Shown piece by piece: positions 49,840 to 60,480 of a stretch of 64,000 bases of DNA. Under the pieces are notes generated by a model that saw nothing but the letters and a program-made list of their open reading frames with translations, was not told the DNA's origin and ran no database searches. Within the stretch, counting starts at the first letter, position 1; each line of letters starts with the position of its first letter. Made by a program: the position numbers and the translations under genes. Source of the stretch: Nymphon striatum (Eukaryota); contig JABFOP010000807.1 of assembly GCA_016618385.1 (NCBI GenBank), forward strand, positions 216,216 to 280,215, in the 5' to 3' direction.

Positions 49840-50090
49840 TGCATGAACTTCCTATCAGATGCAGGCTGGTTCGGCAGAGAAAGTACTCTGTCCCTTGGAT
49901 AGAATGTCAATGGGGTTCCTGCAAAAAATGTTCTATAGGATTTATAGGACCCGAGTATCCTATAGAACAGTCCTATGGGATTCTATATGATTTTATAGAG
50001 TTTTAGGACCAGAGTTCTGTAGAACATTTTTTGCAGGGACCCCATTCACATTCTATCCAAGGGACAGAGTACTTTCTCTGCTGAACCAGC
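49840..50090. mobile_element. Foldback element (about 250 bp palindrome)
   Basis: cagagaaagtactctgtcccttggatagaatgt..tgcaaaaaatgttctatagga mirrored by ..cagaacattttttgcaggg..acattctatccaagggacagagtactttctctg. Confidence 0.6.
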
Positions 50091-50258
50091 CTGTATCTGA
50101 TAGGAAGCCACAATAACATACAGCGTAAAATATGAGCGATATTCAGAAGTGGGAAGATATTTATTCATTCGGCCACCCATGCCTTCGACATAAGGGTACA
50201 TTTTACACAAATTAGCTGTACATGAGTGAAGTTAAAATTTTAAAATTCTGTTTAACTT

Positions 50259-50450
50259 TGTAACGACAGTGATCGACGACATCCGGCCGCCTTCTTTTTC
50301 CTCCCCCGTATGTCCCCGAGCCATACGGGGAATTTATTTACATAAATCATTTTGTTTAATCACCTGTATATATTGCTTCTTTCATTCAAATAAATTCATT
50401 CTATTTTAGTTAACACAAGGAGTCTCTTTCCTTTCTCTCCTTGCGTTACA
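50259..50450 (+). repeat. 5' LTR (192 bp)
   Basis: TG..CA termini. Identical by eye to 54460-54651. Confidence 0.9.
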
Positions 50451-51361
50451 CTGGTGACCCTGACGTGATTATGGACACTGATACCACCATCAAAGCCGAA
50501 GACACTTCTCCGCCGGCCGTTGTCCATGCCGCTGCAGTCCGCCTACCGACATTTGCACCGAATGAGACCCTCACCTGGTTCCGCCGTGCCGAAACTCAGT
50601 TTCGACTGAAACATGTCTCCGTTTCATCTACCATGTCCGACTACGTTCTGGAGGCACTACCAGAAAGCGTATTCCGGCGTATTTCTCCATGGTTGGACGA
50701 GCAGCCTGACATTATTCCATACAAGACGTTGAAAATACACCTCCTGGACGTGTATTCTCTTTCTCCATCTGACCGTGCCAGACGCATTCTTGCCATGCCA
50801 GGACTACCACTTGGAGACCGTACTGCTACCCAAGTTTGGGAGGAGATTACTTCTCTGTGCCGCCTTCCAAGACTAGACGACGACGATACCTCTCATTCTG
50901 TTCTTGATTTAAAGAAGGAAGTTTGGCTGCAATGTTTGCCATGACCACATCCGCTCCCTTTTGCACGACTCTACCACCACGTCAATGGACAAGCTCTCAA
51001 AAAAAGCGGATGCTCTGATTGACGCTCACCGTATGGCACACGGTGCTCCATCCGTGTCATCAATCCAGATCAGTTCTTTTCCTCCAACTTCTTTTCCTTG
51101 CAACCAGTTCTTTTCCTCCAACTCCACATAGTTTCCTCTGTATGTTCGTGTTCTGTGCTCAAACATTCCGCTAAAGATGATGATTCTTCCGAGGTTAATG
51201 CTACACAACAACGCCCTGCTCAGTTCCAGAAACGTTTTCAACCATTTGGAAAATTAACTGCCTCCGGTATCTGCACTTATCATTTGCATTTCGGTAAACG
51301 TGCACGATCTTGCGTCGCCGGCTGCTCATGGTCAAAAAACGGGCCAAGCGGCCGCTCTTAG
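50441..51361 (+). CDS. gag region of the LTR element, split over three frames (50441-50944 in frame A; about 50940-51128 in frame B; 51098-51361 in frame A, containing CTYHLHFGKRARSC, a zinc-knuckle-like motif)
   Basis: Track ORFs 50441-50944 and 51098-51361 share a frame but are separated by stops. The intervening segment is open in another frame (..DKLSKKADALIDAHRMAHGAPSVSS..). This suggests a +1/-1 pair of frameshifts, or recoding. Confidence 0.5.
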
Positions 51362-54300
51362 TGGACGCGGCCGCCCAGTGTTCTGTTATACCGATCACCC
51401 GAACTTCTGCTACACATCCGGATGCTCCTACTACCACCCACAGTGCCTCCTGCTTTCCCCATCCGGGGTTTTCCATTAAAGACGAGATTTCTCAAAAAGA
51501 ATTTCTAGTCGACACCGGCGCTTTCAAATCTATTTTTCCGGTCTCTGTGCACGAGAAGGTGAACATCTCTACATGCGGTTTGGACTTAGTCGCCGCCAAC
51601 GGCACCGCTATCCGGACCCATGGGGAACGTAACATTCATCTTCGTTTCCATGGACGCAATTACTTTTGGACCTTCATTCTCGCTGACGTTTCGCGCCCAC
51701 TCCTAGGCGCTGATTTCCTTTCACACCACCACCTCATGGTCGATGTTGCCGGCCGTAAACTAATCGATACAGACTCTTTCCGTTCGTTTCCACTCTCCAA
51801 TCGCAGTGCATCTGTTATAGGCGAAATCTCCGCATGCAAACCACCGGCTGGTCGTTATACCGGCCTCGTGACCGAATTTGCTGACGTTTTCAAGCCGGAA
51901 TTGCATCTCTCGTCAAGTGTTGCAGCTAAACACGGCGTATACCACCACATCGAGACTACCGGACCGCCCGTCTACTCTAAGTTTCGCCGCCTTCGCCCTG
52001 ACCGACTGCAAGCTGCCAAAGCCGCTTTTGCCGAAATGGTACGTATGGGTATATGCTCGAAAGCCGCTAGTCCTTGGGCCACTCCTTTGCTCTTAGTCCA
52101 AAAACCCGATGGTACTTGGCGCCCTTGCGGGGACTACCGACGTCTCAATATGGTTACCGTACCGGATCATTACCCTATGCCCAATATTGCCGATCTAACC
52201 GCGTGCATCGGTAATACGCGTATTTTTTCTAAATTAGACCTGTTAAAAGGATATTTCCAAGTTCCGGTATATCCTGACGATGTGCCGAAGACCGCCATTA
52301 TAACACCTTTCGGCTCCTATGTTTTCCACTATTCCACCTTTGGCCTGCGTAACAGCGGTGCCACCTTTCAGCGGATGATGGACCTCATTTTTGGAGAACT
52401 TTCCTTCTGTATTGTATATGTGGACGATGTCTTGATTTTCTCTAAAAATCACAACGACCACATGGAACATCTTCGAACAATTCTCCTGCTTCTCAGGAAC
52501 AATGGTCTCGTTGTCCGTCCTGACAAGTGTACCTTTGGTGCTACTCAGGTTGAATTTCTCGGTTACGATATCTCGGCTAGCGGTATCCGCCCTCGCAAGC
52601 AAAAAGTAGATGCGATCATCAATTTCCCTCGCCCGACATCTATTCGCGGTGTTCAAGAATTTCTTGGTATCTTGAATTTTTACCATCGTTTCATCCCACA
52701 CGCTGCTGACATTTTTGACCCATTGTACGAGACTACCGCCCATAAATCGAAAGATCTGTTGTGGGGTCCACCTCAGGACAAAGCTTTTGAGGCCGCTAAG
52801 GTTTCCATCGTTTCTGCCGCTACTCTTGCTTATCCGCTCCCTAACCTCCCTTTATACCTCACTACTGATGCGAGCAATATTGCTTTGGGTGCTGTCGTTG
52901 AGCAAGAAGTTGGGGGTCAGCGTAGACCACTTGCTTTCTTTAGCCGTAAGCTCCGGCCGCCAGAACGCCGTTACAGCACGTTCGACCGGGAGTTACTCGC
53001 TGTCCACTTATCCGTCCGTCATTTTCGCCACTTGCTGGACGGGATGGCTTATACCATCTGTACCGACCACAAGCCGTTAGTCTCTGCCCTGACCAAGCCC
53101 ACTGATGCTTGGTCCGATCGCCAGCGTCGGCAACTGTCTGCAATTGCAGAAACCTCCTGCACCATTCAACACTTGCCTGGTAAAAACAACCCTGTAGCAG
53201 ACTCTCTATCACGCATAGAAATTGCTTCCGTCCTAATGGGCGTTGATTATTCGGCCCTATCAGCCGAACAGGAGCGCGACTCCCAAATCGCCGCATTCAA
53301 ATCCACTCCCGGGAGCCTGAAGTTGAAATCTGTCCCGTTTGGCGACACCCACGTCCTCTGCGATATAAGCACCGGCCGTCCACGCCCAATCGTGCCTACA
53401 TGTTTCCGCCGCCTGATTTTCGACGTCATTCACGGTCTTGCCCACCCATCCATTCGTAAGACCACCAAGTTGATGACTGATAAATTTGTGTGGACCTCCA
53501 TCCGGAAGGACTCTAGCACATGGTCCCGCTGCTGCGTACAGTGTCAACGGAGTAAAATCCACCGTCATACTAAATCTATGATTGGCCGTTTTCCCCCTAC
53601 AACCCGGAGATTTTCGCACATCCATGTCGATATCGTCGGACCTCTACCACCTTCCGAAGGTTTCCGGTATTTATTCACTATCGTTGACCGTTCTACACGA
53701 TGGCTAGAAGCTGTGCCTATGGAAGACGCCACGACTACCTCTTGCGTCGCTGCATTACTCCATACCTGGATATCCCGTTTCGGCGTTCCCGACGATATCA
53801 CCTCCGACCGCGGCTCTGTTTTCACGTCCGAATTGTGGTCTACTTTGTCTCGGTTACTAGGAACTTCTCTTCACCACACTACCAGCTATCATCCTCAGGC
53901 CAATGGCATGGTTGAAAGATCACACCGTACGCTAAAGACTGCTCTTGTTGCCCGCTGTTCCGGCGATAGATGGGTTACTCATCTGCCATGGATCTTATTG
54001 GGTCTTCGCACAACGCCCATAGATGTACTTTCGTATTCCTCTGCCGAGATGGTATATGGTGAACCTCTGGTCGTTCCCGGTGAATTTTTCCCCACTCAGC
54101 TCTCGCATGATTGCAACATCGCACGACTGAGGGAAATTGCCGGTCGCTTTGCTCCGTCACGACCGACTCGTGACCATCAACGACATTCCTACGTCCCAAA
54201 AGACCTACGCTCGTGCGATTTCGTTTTCATCCGACACGACGCCTCTAAGCCGCCACTGTCGCCGGCATACAAAGGCCCGTACCGCGTACTCGAACGCCGT

Positions 54301-54447
54301 GACAAATCATTTTATATACAGCTCGGTGTAAAACAGGACTGGGTCTCAATTGACCGTTTAAAGCCGGCCTACATTTCGACGTCCGAATTGGACGACGGGA
54401 CCTATACCCGCTCCGGTCGTCTTTCTCGTCCCGCGACTCGTTTTTAA
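51310..54447 (+). CDS. pol polyprotein of the LTR element (protease DTGA, RT YVDDVLIFS, RNase H, integrase HH-CC zinc finger and DDE core)
   Basis: The 1045-aa ORF contains the motifs LVDTGAFKSIF, LDLLKGYFQVPV, YVDDVLIFS, ..TDASNIALGAVV.. and an integrase core. It overlaps the last gag ORF by about 50 nt in a different frame (a frameshift site). Confidence 0.9.
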   Translation: MRRRLLMVKKRAKRPLLVDAAAQCSVIPITRTSATHPDAPTTTHSASCFPHPGFSIKDEISQKEFLVDTGAFKSIFPVSVHEKVNISTCGLDLVAANGTAIRTHGERNIHLRFHGRNYFWTFILADVSRPLLGADFLSHHHLMVDVAGRKLIDTDSFRSFPLSNRSASVIGEISACKPPAGRYTGLVTEFADVFKPELHLSSSVAAKHGVYHHIETTGPPVYSKFRRLRPDRLQAAKAAFAEMVRMGICSKAASPWATPLLLVQKPDGTWRPCGDYRRLNMVTVPDHYPMPNIADLTACIGNTRIFSKLDLLKGYFQVPVYPDDVPKTAIITPFGSYVFHYSTFGLRNSGATFQRMMDLIFGELSFCIVYVDDVLIFSKNHNDHMEHLRTILLLLRNNGLVVRPDKCTFGATQVEFLGYDISASGIRPRKQKVDAIINFPRPTSIRGVQEFLGILNFYHRFIPHAADIFDPLYETTAHKSKDLLWGPPQDKAFEAAKVSIVSAATLAYPLPNLPLYLTTDASNIALGAVVEQEVGGQRRPLAFFSRKLRPPERRYSTFDRELLAVHLSVRHFRHLLDGMAYTICTDHKPLVSALTKPTDAWSDRQRRQLSAIAETSCTIQHLPGKNNPVADSLSRIEIASVLMGVDYSALSAEQERDSQIAAFKSTPGSLKLKSVPFGDTHVLCDISTGRPRPIVPTCFRRLIFDVIHGLAHPSIRKTTKLMTDKFVWTSIRKDSSTWSRCCVQCQRSKIHRHTKSMIGRFPPTTRRFSHIHVDIVGPLPPSEGFRYLFTIVDRSTRWLEAVPMEDATTTSCVAALLHTWISRFGVPDDITSDRGSVFTSELWSTLSRLLGTSLHHTTSYHPQANGMVERSHRTLKTALVARCSGDRWVTHLPWILLGLRTTPIDVLSYSSAEMVYGEPLVVPGEFFPTQLSHDCNIARLREIAGRFAPSRPTRDHQRHSYVPKDLRSCDFVFIRHDASKPPLSPAYKGPYRVLERRDKSFYIQLGVKQDWVSIDRLKPAYISTSELDDGTYTRSGRLSRPATRF

Positions 54448-54459
54448 CAGGGGAGTACC

Positions 54460-54651
54460 TGTAACGACAGTGATCGACGACATCCGGCCGCCTTCTTTTT
54501 CCTCCCCCGTATGTCCCCGAGCCATACGGGGAATTTATTTACATAAATCATTTTGTTTAATCACCTGTATATATTGCTTCTTTCATTCAAATAAATTCAT
54601 TCTATTTTAGTTAACACAAGGAGTCTCTTTCCTTTCTCTCCTTGCGTTACA
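54460..54651 (+). repeat. 3' LTR (192 bp)
   Basis: Identical by eye to the 5' LTR. The preceding polypurine tract is aacaggggag. Confidence 0.9.
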
Positions 54652-54773
54652 ACTTCACATGAGGTCTATAGCCAACACATAATCAACATCAAAATTCAGT
54701 TTAAGTTATATCTTTGAGAACAAGAAAAATGTAAAAAAAATTACTTAAACAATATTTAAAAATCAAAACCTAC

Positions 54774-54826
54774 TTCATGTTGATCCTTATTAACAAATCT
54801 TTTCACAGCTTTCGAAATTTTTGATT
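54774..54826 (-). CDS. AKAP10: AKAP10 penultimate exon (ESKISKAVKRFVNKDQHE)
   Basis: Minus-strand acceptor ttatttcag and donor gaa|gtaggt. Matches SQAMKKWVQGNTDE. Its splice phase joins both the exon at 55155-55228 and the terminal exon. Confidence 0.6.
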
Positions 54827-55154
54827 CTGAAATAACAAAGTTTTTCAGTTAAAACTTGTTCAAGATGTAATTTTCAACATGTCTGCAAAGTGACCCAAAA
54901 TCACTTTAGAACAAAGAGTAAATCAAAGTAATGAAATGTACTGAAAGAAGTATAGGTTAATAAACGTTAAGAGCCAGTTTATATAAGAATCAGGCAGCGT
55001 GATTTAGGATCCCTCCAGATTTGACCAATTTTTTTTCATGGGTTTTTTCATTTTTTATTTAAATGGCTTTAAAAATGATGCATTATCACATTCAGAATTT
55101 GTCATTTTTGGCATTGGGCAAGTTAATAAAATCATTATATAATGGTTAAACTAC

Positions 55155-55228
55155 CTTTAACATCAGGTTGAGGAAGGAACTCTGTTGTAAACTGACCAAT
55201 ATCACTCATTTTTCCGATCTGTAGCTTT
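55155..55228 (-). CDS. AKAP10: AKAP10 exon (GKLQIGKMSDIGQFTTEFLPQPDVK)
   Basis: Matches AGKMTFGRVSDLGQFIRESEPEPDVRK. Acceptor gaacag, donor aaag|gtag. Anchored to track ORF 55202-55459. Confidence 0.7.
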
Positions 55229-55316
55229 CTGTTCAAGATAAAACACAAAATTTATTTCATATGCAACACAAAATAATGTTGGGAATGATGAATAAAAGGT
55301 AAATCTGGAAACAAAC

Positions 55317-55512
55317 CCAGCCAGATCTCGCCTCCAAAGATCACTTGGATTATTAAATTTACCGATATCTATTCTCATATCTTGATCTTCAATATTTTTC
55401 AGAAATTTTGGAGTTATTGTACCTGATACTCCAGGTTGGGTTCCATCCATTGCAAGCAAAGTGTTAGTATTACTAGAATGACCACTGTGCTCACTCCCAC
55501 TGCTTTCACTAC
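55317..55512 (-). CDS. AKAP10: AKAP10 exon (SESSGSEHSGHSS...ITPKFLKNIEDQDMRIDIGKFNNPSDLWRRDLAG)
   Basis: Matches ..SIKILKNFDEAIIVDAASLDPESLYQRTYAG. Donor gctgg|gtttgt. Anchored to track ORF 55202-55459. Confidence 0.7.
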
Positions 55513-56247
55513 CTGAAATAAGCGAGTTTATATTAATTAAAATTCATGTGAAAAAAGAATTATTATTGAATTTTGTGGTCAGGAAAATCGTTAGGTATCA
55601 TTAAAATTATTTAAAAAATCCTTAGCTTCTCAAATTAGTCTGAAATCAAAGCAATAATTTTGTGCCAACTACAGTCATATGTTCCAAATAATTATGTAAC
55701 CTACATTTTTTAAGACACTGGGATCAAAATGATAGTTAGATGATAATTAATTGTTAAGCAGGCTCCAGGCTCAAGACTTTGATGTCTGCCATCTACCATC
55801 CTGCTTAAGGAAATGCACAAGAACATACAAAAAAAATGTATCATTTGATTTTTAAAATATTTATCTGGCATATATTTTGACTAATGTATATATTATATTA
55901 TATTTATTTATTTTTTTTTTTTTTTTGTCGAAGAAGTGCTGTAGCGACTTTCTACCTAACCTTGCTTTTTCCCCACTTCATTTGCATAACATTTAGGTCT
56001 GTTGTCTATTCTCTATAATATGAGCACGATGCACGATGAACTTGTAAAATAAAATCAAACATTTTAAACCTAACTTTTCTCACTTCTTCCGACCACACAC
56101 ACCACATAGATTCATCGTTTATATATATATATTCGTCAATCTATTCTATTTCAATATTTGGCAAAATATCAGTAGTATCAGTAGGTAGTGATGTTTTAAC
56201 AGTCAAAGTCATTGGAAAGTAAACACAAAAACAAAAAGGCATTTTAC

Positions 56248-56356
56248 CTGATCTTTTTTTACGACCATAATATAGACGTCTTCCTTGTATGATGTTGGCT
56301 AATTCAGACAGATATTTATAAAATAATTGACTTTTTAAAAATGGAGGATGGTAAAC
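56248..56356 (-). CDS. AKAP10: AKAP10 exon (VYHPPFLKSQLFYKYLSELANIIQGRRLYYGRKKRS)
   Basis: Matches VFLPGFLSSNLYYKYLNDLIHSVRG. Acceptor atttcag, donor g|gtaaaa. Confidence 0.7.
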
Positions 56357-56439
56357 CTGAAATTAAAAATATATATACACAAACTTATGCTATTAAACAA
56401 ATGTTAAATTGAAGAATAAATAAATAAACATCAACTCAC

Positions 56440-56584
56440 AGTTTCTAATAAATTTAGTACCAATGCTACAGGCTTCTGAAAACATTCTGGATCAGGGCCA
56501 GCTTCTGTACATATATTCTGTTCTATTTCAAAGCGTATTTCATCATCAAATCCAAGGGGAGAAATTGCTTGGAGAGAAAAATAT
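56440..56584 (-). CDS. AKAP10: AKAP10 exon (KYFSLQAISPLGFDDEIRFEIEQNICTEAGPDPECFQKPVALVLNLLET)
   Basis: Matches KYFSLQATHPLGFDDVVRLEIESNICREGGPLPNCFTTPL. Acceptor ttttttag, donor gtgagt. Confidence 0.8.
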
Positions 56585-56689
56585 CTAAAAAATAAAGAAG
56601 TTAATGATGCAATGAGATAATTTAAAATTCCTCAAGAATCAGCTAGTTCAGATGATTTTAGATTTGCTGGGTTTAATGACCCATTGATA

Positions 56690-57140
56690 CCTTAAAGGTT
56701 CATTTGGAGTTATCCTCCATCTTCCTATTTAGACTTTAGGAAGAGTTGGAGGGAGAAGAAATTATCAGCAAGAAATATTCAGCTGGGGAAGAATCCCCAA
56801 ACTATCTTACATCAATTCAGCGCAAATTAATGCACCGACTCCTCATACAGAGGAATTCCCTCTCATTTAAGCTGTAAAACTAGTTCAGATAAGAAAATAT
56901 TCTGTCCCCCACATAGACAATTAATGGAGGTCTCGTGTAGAGGATAATCATAACCTCTACACATTAAAGAACTCACTTTATTATTAGAAAAAGAGTAGGG
57001 TGTAGGGCCCGGTGAAATGGTGCACCTCAATTACATAAAAACCCATAAGAGGTGAATAGCCCTCACCTCAGATGCCCGGGTCCTCCTCGCTCCTTGATAC
57101 AGAATGAGAGAATTCATGCAAGGACCTAAGTGGTCAAATC
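56690..57140 (+). mobile_element. SINE-like interspersed repeat, copy 2 (in an AKAP10 intron)
   Basis: Shares its 5' block with 44815-45130. The central block (ggaggtctcgtgtagagg..agagtagggtgtagggcccggtgaaatggtgcacctc) is homologous to the body of the SINE at 32100-32200. Confidence 0.45.
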
Positions 57141-57310
57141 ACTGAACAAAATAAAAAATTAAAAAATGTACGGAAAATCCATATATTACAAAAGGATTTT
57201 CAATAAAATATTCTACCAAATGTTTAAGCACAAAAGGTTCATATAGTCTGAAGTGAACACAATCTTGTATTAAAACCAATTCATCATAATTAATTTGACA
57301 GTCAGCTTAC

Positions 57311-57453
57311 TTGTCATATAGAACCATGGCATCTCCCTGAGCAATTTCACCAACATATGATCCACTTTTCTGAGCTGAACTTTGTTGCTCCTGAAAATGG
57401 TGACTTGCTAGCCAAAATTCCATGAGACTCTGAGCACCTTCAATTTCCATAAA
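57311..57453 (-). CDS. AKAP10: AKAP10 exon, second RGS domain (FMEIEGAQSLMEFWLASHHFQEQ...GDAMVLYD)
   Basis: Matches YMEKEDAVNILQFWLAADNFQSQ...NDAMILYDK. Acceptor ttttatag, donor gtaagc. Confidence 0.8.
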
Positions 57454-58787
57454 CTATAAAATAAAAATATGTTCATAGATCCAAACTGACATATAAGATA
57501 AAGAGATCTCACCAGAAATTAATATAAACGGGCAGGTTGCTATTCGCGCAATATGTATAGAATACATAGCACATAAGCACTTACAATTTCATTTCATGTT
57601 TTACCAACTTAGAAACTAGGAACCAATATTGCCTATTAAACATCAATTGCTATAAAATTGATAATATAATCAGATTATAGTCAATTTGCACACCGATATT
57701 ATGTCGACATGATCGATGTGTACTTTGGGGCTCATCACAGAGTGTTTTAAAACAAACTACAGGGCGGCAGCTATTTTTGGGGGCACAGGGGTGGCAACTA
57801 CGGCCATACGAACGGAAGGAAAAGGTGACAGGGCACAGCACCCTTCTAATTCTAATTTTTACTCCATAGCATGGATTTGTATGATTATCAGTTCTGAGTA
57901 TTGGGGATAATGAAAAGGTCAGTAAAAAAGGTTTTAGAGGAATGTCGATATAACTTGTTGATATTTAAAGATTCAAATAAAACTTGTAAATGTCATGTGC
58001 TTTGCCAAGGATACACATAGCAGAATTTCTGACCTGTCAGTTTTGAAATGTGATACATTGCAATAATAATACCAGTTTGAAAATAAAAAAAATAAGATGG
58101 CAGAAGACAGACAGCTGACTTTTAATTTTCCAGTTATGAGGGCAAGTAAAAACTGAGTATCTAAGAATATATATCAATCCTTTTTGTGCCTAGTGGGAGT
58201 TTAAGAATGGTACATGTATATTATATATTTCTTCAGTTGATCTTTCATATTTAAAGATTTGAATGTTTATAGTCCAAATGCATAAAATCTGTCTCACAGT
58301 AATCTAAATCATGAATTCACATTTATAAATAATATATTTATTAAATTAAATATGTATTCATTAAATAACCTCCGCATGCAAGGTTGCACAACAGATTATC
58401 TATCTTAAGATAAAATTCTTTTATCGGCTGGTTAGGTCAGATATCAATAATAGATTTTAGGATCACATAATTTGGGATAAAATCAATAATGACAAAAATA
58501 ACATTTTTAAAGTTACTTTTTAATGAACCAAAATAAAGTTTCTGAGATTCTTAAATGATGACATATAACATTTAATTGAAAATTAATTTTTTTTTTTCGA
58601 TGGTTATGCAATGAAAAAATCAAGAGAAACCAATGAAGAAACTACATTTCTATGATGATATAGAAGAATGGATCTAAATCTTTAATTCTAAAAGATTTGA
58701 CACCTTACTAAATGATTCCAAAAAGTTTCAATTCTATAATAAATTTAAAAATGACAAAACTGATAATAATAAAATGAAAAAATTTAC

Positions 58788-58900
58788 CTCCATAAAATAA
58801 AAGAGAGCTGCATCATTATACAGAATATCAGCAAGATAAACTGAACCACTAGTTAACAGATCTATTTGATGTTTATAATGGAATACACTGTTAAGAAAGT
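58788..58900 (-). CDS. AKAP10: AKAP10 exon (FLNSVFHYKHQIDLLTSGSVYLADILYNDAALFYFME)
   Basis: Matches EFLRSHHFCKYQIEVLTSGTVYLADILFCESALFYFSEY. Acceptor ttttcag, donor gtaaat. Confidence 0.8.
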
Positions 58901-59044
58901 CTGAAAAATATCTTTAAAAAATGTCATAGCGATTTAAAGGTACTGTTATTATGAACTGTAAAGCAAACAGACAGAAAGAAATAATTCAGAAAATAAAACA
59001 AGATGAGGGGGGGGGGTTACCTAGTTTCAAGTTTGGAATTTCAT

Positions 59045-59200
59045 AATAACAAAATGTCACAAAGTTTCTGAGGTTAAATCCAAAATACTGTATTTTGACA
59101 AAAATGATAATAATAAAGTGAAAAAGTTTATCTCATTAAAATAAATGAGAGCTGTATCATTCATTATACAGAATATCAGCACGTAAGAAGCACCTTTTTT
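59045..59200 (-). pseudogene. AKAP10: Partial duplicate of AKAP10 exon 58788-58900 (3' part plus donor and about 60 bp of flanking intron)
   Basis: aaaatgataataataaagtgaaaaagtttatctcattaaaataaatgagagctgtatcattcattatacagaatatcagcacgtaag parallels 58750-58850 (aaaactgataataataaaatgaaaaaatttacctccataaaataaaagagagctgcatcattatacagaatatcagcaagataa). The frame is disrupted. Confidence 0.5.
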
Positions 59201-59789
59201 TTTTCAAAAAAAGAGGGCTCAAAGATTGTGCTGTATTTTCAGTACTTGAAATAAATATATTAGCCTTGTCAGACAAAATGTCCGGTAGATATGAATTTAG
59301 GTCGGGCATGTCTTTTATGATTATTTCAAAAATTGGTCGGACATGTCCGTTGCTTCTCAAATTTGGTCGGACACTTCCGTTATTTATAAAAGAAGGATTT
59401 TTAATAAACAATTAAAAAACAAAGAAACAATTTTTTCTTCCTTTTTTTGAGCGGTCATACCAAAAACACAAGAATTAGCCAGTAGTTATGGTAACCCCAT
59501 GAAAACTAGCGTACAAGCGAGGTTAAAAAATTGGTGTGACTGCACTCTTAGTTTGTTGTTGTATAAGAAAGAAAAACAAACAAACAAGGGGAAAGAACCA
59601 GGTTTGAAAAGGTTTGAACCAGATTTGAAAATAAATTTGATCATGTTTATAACAGATGCTGCATTCAAATGGCTTATTTCCTCAAATTTAATTTCATGTT
59701 TGTTTGCAACCATACGTACGGATACTTCAAATTTTCATATTGTCTATGAATGCCCTATGAATTTAGTATAAGAGAGAGAGAGAGCGGGT

Positions 59790-60060
59790 GTGCAGTGTGT
59801 AAGTGAAAAAATGAGTGAATACCGACTGCGGTGGCTGGGGCATGTGCAAAGGATGGATGTATGTAACCCAGTGAAGGATGCATGGATCAGGGACGTGAGT
59901 GGTCAAAGACCGAGAGAAAGGCCGCGTTTGAGATGGAGGGATGTAGTTACAAAGGACATGAACGAGAGAGGGTTGTGTATAAATGATGCGTACGATAAAG
60001 TCCTTTGGCGTGCAGGCATAAGATCCCCTGACCCCATTCCGGTGGGATAAAGGGTGGATG
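59790..60060 (+). mobile_element. LINE 3'-terminal RT fragment (CR1/L2/RTE-like)
   Basis: Track ORF 59790-60050: YRLRWLGHVQRM...GQRPRERPRLRWRDVVTKDM is the typical non-LTR RT C-terminus. It lies antisense within an AKAP10 intron. Confidence 0.55.
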
Positions 60061-60418
60061 TTGTTGTTGTTTGTTGTATGAATGCCCATCGATTTACAGG
60101 CAATTTTACTTTGGTCCTCCAGATTTTGATGCTTATTTTTCTGCTATTACATCATGTACCTCCTGTTTAAAATCTAATTCTTTCGTTAATTTAAAAACAT
60201 ATGCCTGTTTTATTAATTATTTCAGAAAACTGATGTTATGTTGCTATCTTTAACCATTGTGACTCATTTATGTATGTTCTGCAGTATTTTTTATGTCAGT
60301 GCCTTGCCTTGGGGGCAAGCTATAAATAAAAAATATAGTAACTTAGTCATTACGAAAGGTACTTTAAAATTAATTACAAATAATCAATCACTAACTTTTC
60401 ATTCAATAGATTAATTAC

Positions 60419-60480
60419 AAATTCCTGAGCTGTATTGAAGCAAGTTGCATCCACTTCTCCATCTTCAGAACAAATTCTTC
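60419..60480 (-). CDS. AKAP10: AKAP10 exon (RICSEDGEVDATCFNTAQEF); the 3' boundary is uncertain
   Basis: Matches RICGEDGQVDPNCFVLAQS. Acceptor acatgtag. Its splice phase does not join directly to the exon at 58788-58900, so a short intervening exon is probably missing. Confidence 0.55.

Larger units (their letters stand above)
50259..54651 (+). mobile_element. Structurally complete LTR retrotransposon (4393 bp; Ty3/Gypsy or BEL/Pao-like, domain order PR-RT-RNaseH-IN) with identical 192-bp LTRs and a 4-bp target-site duplication ACTT, in the last intron of AKAP10
   Basis: The 5' LTR (50259-50450) and 3' LTR (54460-54651) are identical by eye, with TGTAACG...CGTTACA termini. The flanks read actt|TG..CA|actt. 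A TGG-initiated candidate primer-binding site lies at 50452. A polypurine tract aacaggggag lies just 5' of the 3' LTR. The internal pol ORF is 1045 aa. Confidence 0.9.

Noticed and set aside
49425-50006. 193-aa plus-strand ORF (acidic, Cys-rich segment ..CTCGCCENMDTEEMCVGYKKFG..)
   Set aside because: It runs across a foldback palindrome and has no recognisable family or splice structure. It may be part of an unknown transposon protein, but the evidence is insufficient.
51878-54331. Multiple ORFs of 60-166 aa inside the LTR element on both strands (for example 52243-52743 minus, 52715-53080 plus, 53260-53625 minus)
   Set aside because: These are alternative-frame or antisense ORFs lying entirely within the pol gene. 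They are artefacts of a long GC-balanced coding region.
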